Below are positions 13,900-25,870 of a stretch of 64,000 bases of DNA, piece by piece. Positions within the stretch are counted from its first letter, which is position 1. The number at the start of each line of letters is the position of its first letter. The notes beneath the pieces were generated by a model that worked only from the letters and a program-made list of their open reading frames with translations, searched no databases and was not told where the DNA came from. The stretch lies in contig RDEW01000042.1 of assembly GCA_011109175.1 (NCBI GenBank), positions 130,504 to 194,503 of the forward strand. The letters run 5' to 3'. The position numbers and the translations under genes were made by a program. The DNA is from Dicyema japonicum. Its lineage: Eukaryota > Animalia > Dicyemida.

Positions 13900-14544
13900 A
13901 TCCTTATTTTATTTATATTATTTTTTAATTTTATTTATTATATTATTTTTATAAAAAAATAAATAAAATATTAAAGTAAATTTAAAATTTTGAATTTAAT
14001 TTAAGTTGTTAATTTTGGTTTAATTTATCGCTTAGGTCAGTTAAATTTGATTTTAAGACTTTAAATGTGTGCTATTCTTATTATGTGTACTTTTATAGAT
14101 CTTATCTCTCCGAACTTTAAAATTAATGATTAGAAAATGCTGTCGTCATTCATTTAATTTTGTATCTAGTCAAATGGTGATCCCTGTACCACCCCCTTCC
14201 ATGTTGTTGAGGAAAATGCTAAACCTATATTGGATCAGTTAACGGTGAAGTTTCTTAAAATGACCAAGTCACAAATTCATTCTTAAGACCAGGAAGTCAG
14301 ATCATATCTAAAGCCTCCCCAAGATATAAGAGAAACCTATTCTATTAGAGATCAATTTTGGACTCCATGACAAATCGTAGGTGGATTCTAGCCATAGTCA
14401 CCGGGATTAATTAATCAGAAGATGACTCTAAAACTCCTTTTATTAATCTGAACGAAATCTAATTTTACATAAACAGTCCACCATATTGGAATTCACCTCC
14501 ATACTGCTGAGAGACCCATGGAAGTTCTTTCGGATCGACGCCTT

Positions 14545-14835
14545 TTTTATTTTTTTATTGATTAACCCCGGATACACCGAGAAAGAAGTTAAAGTGAACA
14601 ACTAATTAAGTGTATCCAGTTTCCACTTCTACAGAAACAGAGTCCATCCGGAATCAGCATAAAAGGTAAGACGTCCATACTTGCAGTTGTGGAAACCCCT
14701 CCAGTGGAGTGGGAGAGAGCAAATGATCTTCTTTCGTGCCGGCCTGGCACTGGGCGTCACCTAGACAGGTGGATCACATGACGCCACTCTAATAGGAAGA
14801 GAGAGGAGGAACAGACAAACAAGCAGAAAACTTTC
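14545..14835 (-). mobile_element. 5'-truncated LINE 3' end between the divergent NAPRT and SKP1 genes
   Basis: Near-identical to 51020-51237; ends GGATACAC...GTGTATCCGGGGTTAAT. Confidence 0.7.
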
Positions 14836-14935
14836 TGTTTTAATAATTTATGTTAGTGATAATGTTAAATTATATTTTTCATTTAAAAAAATAAAATTAA
14901 ATAAACAAGTTCTTGTAACTATAGCTTTGTGGTGG

Positions 14936-15529
14936 ATGTCGATTGTTCGCTTAAAAAGTTCAGATGGAGAGATATTCAGTGTTCCCTACGAAGTAATCTC
15001 AATGTCAAATATGCTCAAACGAATGTTGGACGGTACACAATCCAATATATTCAAGAACTCGGAATGATGTCTGAGGACGAGGGAGCTCTGCCTCTTCCCA
15101 ACGTGTGTTCCAGCATACTTAGAAGAGTACCTTCATAAAGTCATTAGATTATAAATTGGTGTACCTACCACAAGGATGACCCTCCTCAGACCACCCAGGA
15201 TGGTCCCAACAGGTCCACGAGGACGGACGATATCTCCCCCTATGACCTGGAATTCCTCAAAGTGGACCAATCCACACTGTTTAGGCTTATCCTTGTTACT
15301 TTATGGAATTACTGGATAGGCTGCCAATTACCTGGATATTCAGCCTCTATTAACCACGTGTTACAAGCATACAGCGAACATGATCAAGGGAAAGACCCCT
15401 GAGGAGATTAGGAGACACTTTAATATAAAGAATGACTTTACTCCTGAAGAGGAGGAACAGGTTGGTGAGTGTATTTGTTGGTAGATTAGAATGGAAAATA
15501 AATGGGCTGAATTTGATAGTAGTCTTTGA
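14936..15529 (+). CDS. SKP1: SKP1 (SCF complex adaptor), 5 exons, intact
   Basis: [16 protein letters not shown]...[23 protein letters not shown]...[33 protein letters not shown]...[38 protein letters not shown]. Introns 15033-55, 15127-47, 15295-319, 15461-84. Confidence 0.96.
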
Positions 15530-16399
15530 TTTGTTTTAGTTACTTTTCAATAAATATGATTATTGTTGGTATTTTGCCTTACCACCAACCCATTCAACAA
15601 GTTTCTGGGTCGTCCTCCACCGAGCATCAATGATAGTGAATCTTACTTGCTTCGTGAAATTGTGGTTACCACGTAGGTCTCAATGTCTATCTATACAAGA
15701 CTGGGCAGGCAAAGTCAACTGCGGTCACCACGTGGGTCTCAGTCACTTTGCCCTTCATGTTAGCTTGACGACTACAGACAGATCACTTTTTCTCGTGTCC
15801 TGGCCCGCATCTTGATCTGCTTCCACAACTTGCTAGGAATTTTTTATCTCTGTTGTTTGTGAAGTATTTGATAACTGTGTCGTTGAGTAGACTGCTTGGT
15901 AGGTTGGCTGGCCTAGCGAATTTTTGTTGTGGTATAAGTAGAAAAGAGTCATAGACCAGAAATTAGTGTCGATGGCCTATTATCGACTTCTTATATTGTG
16001 GTTAGTCAACATGAGCACGGAAGAACAATTTATCTGAATATCTTACTTTGGTCCTTTTCACATCACTCCAGCACCTATGCAAACCATAACGAGAAACATA
16101 GTAATATTTTATGCAAAGATTACCATTATATAGAGAATTGATGACTAAGATAATTAAAGTTTTTGATGACATTTGTTGGCATGCTTGGGTCACTTCTTAA
16201 GGTGTGACCAACATATACGTTTCTCATTGCATTCTGAGGAATCATTCTTTTATCACCATTATATGGATGCGAGGGATGGTCTTCTCTATAAGGACGAGAA
16301 AATTGGCAAGTCCAGGAGATCCGTTTTTACATTCGTTCCCCGCATGAGCACATAAGCGATGTTGAATGAGAACCAGTAGAAACTATTGAGACAAGTGAG

Positions 16400-16900
16400 A
16401 GTGACTGAGGTGGAGAAAATCTAAGCCTTCCGTAAGAAAGGTCTTAATATGTCAAGATTACTAAGAGTGACTGGTTGATGAAAGACCCAAAAGAAGAGTC
16501 CAGGAATGTCAAATAGCTTTGAGTTGCTTATTTTTGACTAATTTCTTGTTGGATATGAACTGGTAGAATCTTCTAAATAAAACAATTCTGTCTTTTAATA
16601 AGTTTTGATTGTCGCATTAGTCTTTCATCTTATTCGAATCCACCCACTTTCCAGACAATCTATTGTTAAGGTGTCAGTTAACTCATAGGATTTTCTGGTA
16701 TTTGTTTTGCGGGATAATCTTCCCATCCAGTGTGACGTCAATTGATACTTTCCCTAGTCTTCTGTTTGTCGTGAATAGGGTCAACACCGACTTCTCCGGG
16801 CTAGCAGTCAATTGATTTTCCCAAAGCCATAAACTTAGTTTATTCAATCAATAATTGATGGCCTGGACTGGGAACTTACATTAAAGGGAGACTTAAGTTT
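16400..16900 (-). mobile_element. Degenerate LINE RT thumb fragment
   Basis: Minus strand resembles KLSLWLWENQLTASPEKSVLTLFTT...LDGKIIP, similar to 39438-39641. Confidence 0.5.
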
Positions 16901-17399
16901 CAGATATGTATGCAAGTCCTGCAGAGCCAAAAATTGTGCAAATGTGGATCCCAGAAAAGTTTGGGCAAATTGGGGTAAATCTTATGAATTCAATCGTCAA
17001 AAGCAAGCATAAAAAGTGCATGTTTTAAGCCCAAATCCGTAATTATAATAATTTGGCTTTAAAATAAAAAGCATCAAGGCTAGCTTATTATCCTAGGTCT
17101 TTGGAATAAAGTTAAACCCGATTTATTTAAAATCCCACATGCGCTTTAACCAACTGAGTTAATCCACGTGGGTATTTTTCTAGTGTCTAAACTTAATTTT
17201 CGAAATTAAACTCTGATAATTGACCACGTGACAAAATTCTTAGAGGTAAACACTTGTTTAACTTAATAAGAACGCTAATAATCAACGGCCCTAGACAACA
17301 AAAAACCTGACTAACAACTCTCTCCCAATGGGAAAGTGGTAGATATCTTTGATGGAAAGCCATCTGTGTTGATGGCTTCTCCCTCAATCATTGCAATGA

Positions 17400-17720
17400 C
17401 TGCAAAAACCCAGACTCTGTTCTGGAAAAGACTAAGACGCTAAAGAAGAATTATGAATGTCTCGGTGGACAGTTCATCTTTGAACCAGTCGGCATGGAAA
17501 CAACAGGACTTATAGGAAGCACGATTTGTAAGGAAACGGGCACAACAAACAACTCCTTTCACTCCTATCCTTCTTCCTCTTGCGATCTAATATGGTTCAA
17601 CGGGTCAGTGATCTGCTTCCAATGAGTCCTGATGCTTCCATGACGACTAACTCAAAAATGGACTGTCCAGACATTCGCACTTATTTCTCTTTAGAGTCCA
17701 AGCCTTTCCGAGACTGATCA
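17400..17720. mobile_element. Two CRE 3' fragments in inverted orientation
   Basis: 17455-17525 (+) and 17610-17680 (-) align at roughly 75-80% by eye; both encode the FEPV.MET.GL motif. Confidence 0.6.
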
Positions 17721-17999
17721 TGAACTTTATATGGAAAATAATCAAAAATGTGCCATCCAAAATATTTTAACAAATAACTTTTACATTTAGTCGTGAAATC
17801 AAATCTCCCAATTTTCATTAGGACTATTATGCAAATAAATTTTACTCAAAGTCTATGTGTCAACTTTATCACAACTAGCTAGAAGTCTTATATACTGTGA
17901 AATATACGAGAATCATCTCTCTTAATCACATTGTATCAATCAGTGGCGTCGTCAATGTTGTACCTTATACAGAACAAACCACGAAACCCCCGTATCAAA

Positions 18000-18900
18000 C
18001 TGAATCGTTAACACCAGATAGAAACTATAGAATGGGTATAAATAATTAACTCCCATTGGATCCTCCTTATTTTAATTGACATTAAGCTTAAACTTGGGGC
18101 ACTAGCAAGTCAGGACCACTTTGATTCTACACTTATTCCCAATGTTGGATGTAACTTGTATTTGCCACTGCCGTACAACACTCGTACAGTAACGAGGTGG
18201 AACTTCAAAGGCCATCTCAAAGGAGCAAGGATGAATCTGAGAGAGTCCTTAAAATACTCGAAGATATACGGCAACGGGATGCTACAGACCCGTTTTAGGG
18301 AGAAACTCTGCAGTATTATAGAGCATTTTGTACGTTCCTTATAACTTATCAGATCACTTAAATTTTCCTCAGGATTGAATTTTTTTCCCTGAAGAGCATT
18401 GCCGATTCGAAGGGACTGCATTTAAGGAGATATTACACCCTCTTTATGCGAACAAATAGCAGGTAGATTTTCACATCACGGCATGTTGAACTCAATGTAA
18501 AAAAATATCGTAGATGCGGGGTTTGCATGCCCACAGATGCTGTTGGATTTGGTACTATGGAGCAAGCAAGTATATGACATGAGGACGAAATTCGAAATTC
18601 CTCTGTTGTATCATTAATCCAATTATGCGAATCCTGCGACATATTACGAATACTGCTTATGATTGTACAGAAATCAACCGGAGAAGCCACCAACCCACGT
18701 GTGTCGTCGCTTTTTAGTGTTGGCAGGCGTCCAGTTTCTTTAAGAACGAAGTGATTTTCCGCATATTCCTCCAATTGTCTCAACTCTTATGGGAAGGAAC
18801 GTGAGCCAATCAGAGCACTTCGTATTTTTTCTCAATGGCTTTATTGCCTTTCCGCGGAATACAGTGTGTCTTCGTAGATAGACCTTTAAAGGTCTCTCTG
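18000..18900 (-). mobile_element. Probable hAT-superfamily transposase remnant
   Basis: RLPTLKSDDTR resembles the hAT L-x-L-x-x-TRW motif; the downstream SVGMQTP segment resembles SKALQS; many breaks; no TIRs found. Confidence 0.4.
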
Positions 18901-19299
18901 CTCAGGTAGATGAACATTCGGATGCTCAAATATCTAACGATTTTGTTGGGAGTTGGAGAATCATCTTGACTAACAGCTGCCTGGAGCACAAGGAGGATAA
19001 ATATGCAAGGTGTGCTAAATCAGTTGATGATGGGATTCCCATTCCACCAAGGCAAACGAGAAGGTTACTTTGTCCCACCCCTGGTCGTCAAATTTAAAAT
19101 TAGTTTGACGTTCGATAGTCCTCCGGAAGGGAAATCGACCGTATTGAGGTGTTGCATTTTCAAGTAGCAAGGTGCCTCCAAAGAGATAGATTAATTTGTG
19201 TGCTGAAAGGCATCTCTCAAAACTAATAGAGTGTATGTAAGTCCAGCAGACAGCACAAAATATTAACTAAATTAAAATACAAAATATTATTTAAATAAC

Positions 19300-19800
19300 T
19301 AATCATTTGTGCAACAACAGTCCTGGGAATAGACCTCTCCAAGACCTTTGACACGGTCCGCCGTAGTCTACTTCTCAGGATACTGGAACAATTCTTGGAC
19401 CCTGATTCTATCAATATGATCAATGTTCCTATATAACACGAAGCTCTGAACCGATGGTTCCATGGAATGAACACCGCAAAAACTGACATAGAGAAATTCA
19501 AGCAGATCAAGTAAAACATAGCGAAAACCAACAAACTTGGCTGTTTACTTGAAGACACTCAAGATATTGCCAAAAGGAAGGAATTTTTCATTTCAATAAC
19601 ATAAATGGGATTACATCAAAGTTTACGGAACTATATGTCTTCATGTGGCTAATTGGTTGAAATTTATCTTCCTTTCCTCTGATAGCGTCACTGGATCCAC
19701 CTTACTCAGGAGACGGCCAATGTCTCCCCGTATTCAAAAGGATCCAACTATTCTTTCCACTGAGAGACAATTATGTTCTCTGGCGACGAGTTGTGGAATC
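19300..19800 (+). mobile_element. LINE fragments: RT (LGIDLSKTFDTVRR) and C-terminal piece
   Basis: The RT motif is a D-x-S-K-A-F-D variant; the second part is homologous to 8990-9300. Confidence 0.6.
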
Positions 19801-20399
19801 AACCTTAATCTTCTGGGTTATTATGCACGACCATAGAATTATTTAGTGTGTTTTATCCATGGTCTTGGAATAAATTCATTCAATGTAAAGTCATATAATA
19901 AATACAATAAGAAATTCGTCGAAATACAGTCAATAACAAAGAATATTGAATGCCTTTCAGAAAAAATAATTAATTCCAATAGAAAAATATGCATTGCATA
20001 ATTTCTTCATAATTAAAAGCAACATAATTAGGTGATGAATCAAAGATTTACTTTATAAAGGTTTGATAAATCTTGCACTTTCAATAATGAAGAAATATTA
20101 ATATAAACAAATATTATTTTATCTTAAAATATAAAACAATACAAAAGATACAAATCGTTGACCACAAGGATAATGATCACGTTTATATAATAAATTCTAT
20201 TGATGATGGTTAGCCATATTAAAATATAAATTTTAATTAATATAATTAAATATATGTTTATTCATTTGAGTCATTATTGTCGCGAGCCATCCGTGTTACA
20301 CATTCTATCGTGTTACATTTTGACCTTGAAATTTGACAGCAATCAACCTTGATATTAATCCTCTGAAATTAATCCACTTAACACAATTACAATTCATAT

Positions 20400-21143
20400 C
20401 TAATCAACACCGACGAGCCTGTCTTTTAACTGCAAGATGCGAGTGGAGCGGGGCTTGGATCAATGCCCTACCCATTGGAAACGTGGGAACTCACCTAGAC
20501 GATGAAACGGTCCGCACCGGAGTCTCCATCAGACTTGGATTGAAAGTTTGTCAACCCCATGAGTGCCGATGCGGACGGAAGGTCGACTGCTATGGACATC
20601 ATTCCCTTTCTTGTCGATTTCGCTAGACACAAGGCTATAAATGAAGTGGTGAAGCGCGCCCTCGAGTTGGCGGGATATCCATCCATTCTAGAGCCAACGG
20701 GCTTGAGTAGGGATGATGGGAAGCGACCCGATGGAATTACTGTCTTCCCCTTCTATCGGGGCAAATACTTAATTTGGGATGCTGCCTGTACTGACAGTTT
20801 TCCCAGTCGAAACTTTTGAGGTCGGCAATGAAAGCGGAAGAGGTCGCCCGTTTATATGAAAACTCAAAAATAAAGAAATACAGCAGCCTCCTAAACCGTT
20901 TCCATGTACAGCCAGTGGTCGTCGAGACGAGCGGAGTCTTTGGCCCCAAAACGGTCTCTTTCCTTGGAGCACTTGGGTGTCTATTGACCATAGCCTCGAG
21001 GGAGCGTCGGGAAACCGAGTGGCTTTTCCAAAGGATATCTGGCAGTAGTCAGAGCTAACAGCCATTCGATCATATCCGCTGGACTTTAAAACGATTTTAA
21101 TGTTATAAATAAATACTTGTGAATTTAAAAAAAAAAAAAAAAA
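20400..21143 (+). mobile_element. 5'-truncated CRE retrotransposon nested inside the Ginger2-like element
   Basis: [76 protein letters not shown]; A-run at about 21126-21143. Confidence 0.85.
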
Positions 21144-21410
21144 TTCACAGCTTGAAAAATTAAACCACCACTAGGCTAAATAACTGTTGTTTTATTAATA
21201 TTATTAATGTAATATTTAATTTTATAATTAAGTTATTATTAATAAAAATAAATCTATTCAACCCTTAAAATTACAATAGATACTAGATCCCTATGCGGCC
21301 TTCGGCCGCTGTTCTTCTAATAGATACTAGATCCCTGGCCTTTGGCCGCTGTTCTTTTGATAGACACTAATATAAATAAACATAAAGAAATTCAATTTTA
21401 TTACAAAAGT

Positions 21411-22720
21411 TTAACGAATTACTCTAATTAGGGATTTTAGCACTTCTTTTTCTTGTTTAGAATTTTTAATTCTAATTTTGTTTTCCGATATTATTTCCTC
21501 AACCGTAAAGGGTCCTATTGTAACCAAATTTAAAAAACCTTCATAAAATGAATTCAATTTCATTTTTTTATATTTTGGATCGTTATTAAAGTCTTTCGCT
21601 ACTAAGACCGAATCTCCAATTTCCATTGATCCATTATTTAAATTTCGTTTTCTTTTCATTCTCTGATAATACTGTTCATTGTTAATTTCAACATCTAAAA
21701 TAAAAATGTTTTCTATATACCTTCATTTGATTTTATTTCACAGTCATCCTCATTATTCAAACTTGATATTTCTTCCACATTATCCTTATCAATATCTAAA
21801 CATTATAAAGTTTAAAGTCACTTTCATTCCGCATAAATGCATTATATCCTTTAATACGGTGAAATAGGCTAAACGGTGACTTTTTTGTTGCTGAATGAAC
21901 ACTTATATTATAATTATAGACAATTGAATCGAGGCTCGTAGACCATTCGTGATTTCCTTTTACAAATAGTCTTTTTTGTAACCAACGCGTTAACGTTTGG
22001 TTACACCTTTCAATTTGACCCTGTGATTGAGGGTGCCTTGGGCGACTAAACTTCTGTAAAATGTTGAATTCTTGGCATAATGAAGTAACTATTCCATTCT
22101 TGAATTCTTTACCGTTGTCTGATTGTAATATTTGAGGAGGTCCAAAATTATAAAAAAATGTTTTTTAAAATAGAAGAAATTAGGAATGCTTCCTTCGAAT
22201 TAGTAGCTCGGGCAAAGCAAAACTTGGAATAAACGTCAATTACGTTAAAAATATATTTGAGACCATGATTCTCTTCAGACCAGCGACTCAAATCTACCAT
22301 ATCCATCTGGTAGCGCTCTCTTGGAGCTTTTGCTTTAATGTTTATTAGAGAAATATGTGCTTTTAACGGCTGACTTTGAGCACAGGCCACACATTCAGCC
22401 CAAACTTTTTAGATAATTGATCTCTTAATACTAAAAAAATAATTGTCAGAGTATTCTTTCATTTTGTTTACTCAATAATGGGTTTTCAAATGCAAATTCA
22501 GACATTCAGACTTCATAGTTTCCAAATCATCTTGAGCAATTACATTTTTTGTTCCATCATTAGTTATTAGCCTCGAGTCTTCTAGTAAAAAACATTTTGT
22601 CCTATTTAGAAATCTTGACTTCTTCATTTTAGTTAAACTTCCATCAATCGTATTGTTTTACAAATAAGAAACAATGTTTTGGTACTCTTCAATAGTTATT
22701 ACTAAATTTTTAGGCAGCAT
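21411..22720 (-). pseudogene. Broken integrase-type transposase of the Ginger2-like element
   Basis: HLKTH...CVAC zinc finger; RYQMDMVDL, VIDVYSKF, ILQSDNGKEF, RPRHPQSQGQIE (DDE triad); HSATKKSPF; GPF-type C-terminal motif; in-frame stops and frameshifts present. Confidence 0.85.
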
Positions 22721-22984
22721 TTTTGACAACAACGGAAACATCTGAATATCAAGGTTGATTCGTGTCAAAAAAATAAAATTTCAAGGTCAAAATGTAACAC
22801 GATAGAATTTGTAACGCGGATGGCGCGCCACAATTATTGTCGCCTTTGCTTCTTATGGAATCTCAGTGACTGCGTTGATGTCCTTTTTCTCGGATGTAGT
22901 TGGAGGCTGGGATCACCTAATTAGTTAGTTTTGACATATCTCTCTTGGTTGTCTTGGAGTTAAATAAATAAAATAAATGTCTTT

Positions 22985-24935
22985 TTTCAAGATTTCGAGT
23001 GACATTCGGTCATATAACCGCTTAGATCTTGTTGAGGAATTTGTTAGTCAATACTTACCTGGATGTTCTGACGAAATGTCATTGAAGCGACAATCGTAAT
23101 CTCAGAAGGAATGTGAATATTAATTATTTGCAATAAACTGAGTGAGTGTAGATAGATGTGTAGTAGTCGAGTGGAAAAAAACGAATCAGAAAAAAAGGCT
23201 TCTACATCGGGACGAACAAGATTTCTTGTGCATGGATGCGAAGAGGACCACCAATCTGCTACAGCTGTCAGCAAATCGGTCACTCTGCATACCAGTGCAC
23301 GGGAAAGAAAAAATGCTTCCGTTGCGCGGGAGAACACGACACCACCAAGTGCGATACGGATCCGAGTCTTGAACGAAAATGTGTTAACTGCGGGTCAACA
23401 AAACACGGTGCAAGATACGAAGGATGCCCTGTATTCATGGAGGCCAGACGAAAGTTAAATTCCCGAATCGACAACAGGGAACCAAAACAGACGGATATTA
23501 TAACCAAGAAATTGGAACTGCCAGTCCAAAAAAGGGTAATTGGCCCAAAAACTAACAAGTACGAAGCTGCTCCTCTTCCACGAGAGTCGGCCTGGCTACC
23601 GAGGGAAAAGTTATCAGGGAGTATTACAAAAAAAACTAAAGGAAATAATATCAAGACTGAAGGAGCTAAGCGGCATACTCGGGTGATTTACGCAGTATGG
23701 TGGACCTGGCATAGAGAGCCCGGGCCACCAACAAGAAAATTGAAAAGAAACATGAGATAGTGCTGGTGAACGCCCGATCCCTAAAAAAGAGGCGTCATGA
23801 CCTGGCACTACTACTATCGTCCACCAATATTGACATCCTGGTGGTCAACGAGACCAAGGTAAAAAAGACCAACACCACAATGCTACAGGGACACAACTCT
23901 ATAGAAATTCCATGGGTCGAAGGTGCAGAAGCTGGTACTGGAACCACATTGTTCTACAGTGAAGTTCTACAAATACGAATACACACTGTGAATTTGTTTC
24001 CGTCGAGGTGAGATGCTGTGGTCGTTAGATGCACGTCGGTGGAATGTATTCAAAGGATTTTAGAAAATGCTCAAAAAATTGAAGAATTCTTCACAAGAAA
24101 CGATATGTCTATCTTAGTGGGTGATCTAAATGCCAAGAACATTAAATATGGGTGCCTCGGAACTAACGAGGATGGAGTCAGATTAAGAAAATTGAGTGAT
24201 AAGACTGGCTTTGAGATTTTGACATCGGAAAATCCGAATCATTACTCGCACTACGGGAGAGAAATGCTTGGGGTGTTCCTAGTGTCATCACTGCTCTACA
24301 CTTATGTAGAGAAGACGATGATCATGTGGGACATCGGAGCGACCACATACCTCAAGAGATGTTATTGAACCTAGCTCCAGTCTGCATGGAATCTGTGTTT
24401 ACAGGTTACGACCTAACAAGAGTAAACTGGGAACACTACAGAAGGTACATATCAAGAAACCTCAAAGACTGGAAAGATAAGATTATTCCCGAAGTGAAAT
24501 CGAGATCATAGACAATGAACTCTCCATCATGATGGAGACATACTTACTGCTTTACGCAAAGAGGAGATCCTCAAGTACCAACCATGGAAAGAGCATCAGT
24601 CTTTCCCGTTCCACATTATCTTTGATCAATGAAAGGAATCGCCTGAGGACCAAACTCAGAAAATGTGTGGACTGGGTAGACCTGATTGCATTGACCGGAC
24701 AACTGAAGATAATCATGACAGCCATTGAAGAGGGAACAAGACTGTCTCAATAACAATGTTTGAGGGTAGAGGCAAGCAAACTAAACACCAAAGACCCCTC
24801 GTTCTGGAAGTTCTACAAAAGAATAACTGACCAGAAAAGGAATGACATAAAAATCACCTTGACCAAGCCAGAAAGTGGACTGTGTTCTATGGAAGAAACA
24901 CAAGATATCTTTTACTAGCAACTAGACCGCATTCA
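22985..24935 (+). mobile_element. 5' half of a Jockey/I-group LINE: gag-like ORF1 plus APE endonuclease
   Basis: Three zinc knuckles (CYSCQQIGHSAYQC, CFRCAGEHDTTKC, CVNCGSTKHGARYEGC); APE motifs LVNARSL, VVNETK, LVGDLNAK, SDHIP; cut off by a CRE copy at about 24940. Confidence 0.88.
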
Positions 24936-24939
24936 GGAA

Positions 24940-25870
24940 GTCAACCCGATGGAGCTGATCCCGAGAGAGATGTTAGATTCTTCACGTAAAGGTTGGATGC
25001 CAGAGCATTCCATCTATGGATCATCCAAGACGATTGTTGGTCTGTATTACGCGGCTCGCTAAGCCCTTCACTCCGCCACACGTCCATGTATTCAACCAAG
25101 TCATTGGACAGTTTCCGAGATGGAAGCTTTGAAAGAATTGAGTCCACTTGGTTTTTGCATGAAAGTTTTGAGGCAAAATACGCCGGGCCAGCAATTTGGC
25201 AGGGAGTAGTAAGACCGATTCCACCCAATGATATCGGTAATTGAGTCTGTATCCATCCAGGGGTGTCAAGGGAAACGTTAAGTACGAATTCAGTACATCT
25301 TTTGAGGCAATCAGAGTATTCCATTAAAAGGAAATCACACTTATAACATGGTGCAGTCCTTAGTAAATAGTTTAATCAATGGACAAGCAGTTTCTCAATA
25401 GGAAGAGGGAAATATGGTTGTCAACATGCCGCAAACGGGTCTCAAAAGTACCGAGCTCTATTGTCCTTTCTTTAAACACGTCCACAATTCGGTCTTCGAA
25501 TATAGGAGAACCAAGGAACAGAGGACTCCCCAACTGGAACCGATGCATAATTTTCGAGAGTGTATTTAAACTGGTCATTGTAGAAAGTAGTCAGGTCGGG
25601 ACTCAAATTGATCTTGATAATTCACATTTGGTTTTGTTGACAGAAAGGCCAATCGCTTCGAATTCAGATATCAAACGACGCACGTCCTCCAAAACTGTAT
25701 CTGGATGTCCACCAATGATTCCGTCATCCAAAATACCATAAATTTAAAGGTTATTTTAAGCATGCGGCTACTCCATGGATCCCCAAAGCAAAGAGAAGAG
25801 GTCCAAGTGGATCGCCTTGTTGAACACCAGTTCGTGATTAATGATGGCATCGTGGAAAACCAATGATGAA
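24940..25870 (-). mobile_element. CRE retrotransposon fragment (RT core)
   Basis: GVQQGDPLGPLLF, WYLDDG, LGSPLFLGSP, LFLLRNCL, QTQLPISLGGIGL. Confidence 0.85.

Larger units (their letters stand above)
20278..22832 (-). mobile_element. Ginger2/TDD-like DNA transposon (retroviral-type DDE integrase) with TIRs of about 55 bp and a 5-bp TSD
   Basis: Left end TGTCGCGAGCCATCCGTGTTACACATTCTATCGTGTTACATTTTGACCTTGAAATTT; right end is its near reverse complement ending ...GCGCCACA; ATTAT at 20273-77 and 22833-37. Confidence 0.85.

Noticed and set aside
21978-22008. 9-bp inverted repeat TGTAACCAA...TTGGTTACA
   Set aside because: Lies inside the transposase coding frame; short enough to be incidental.
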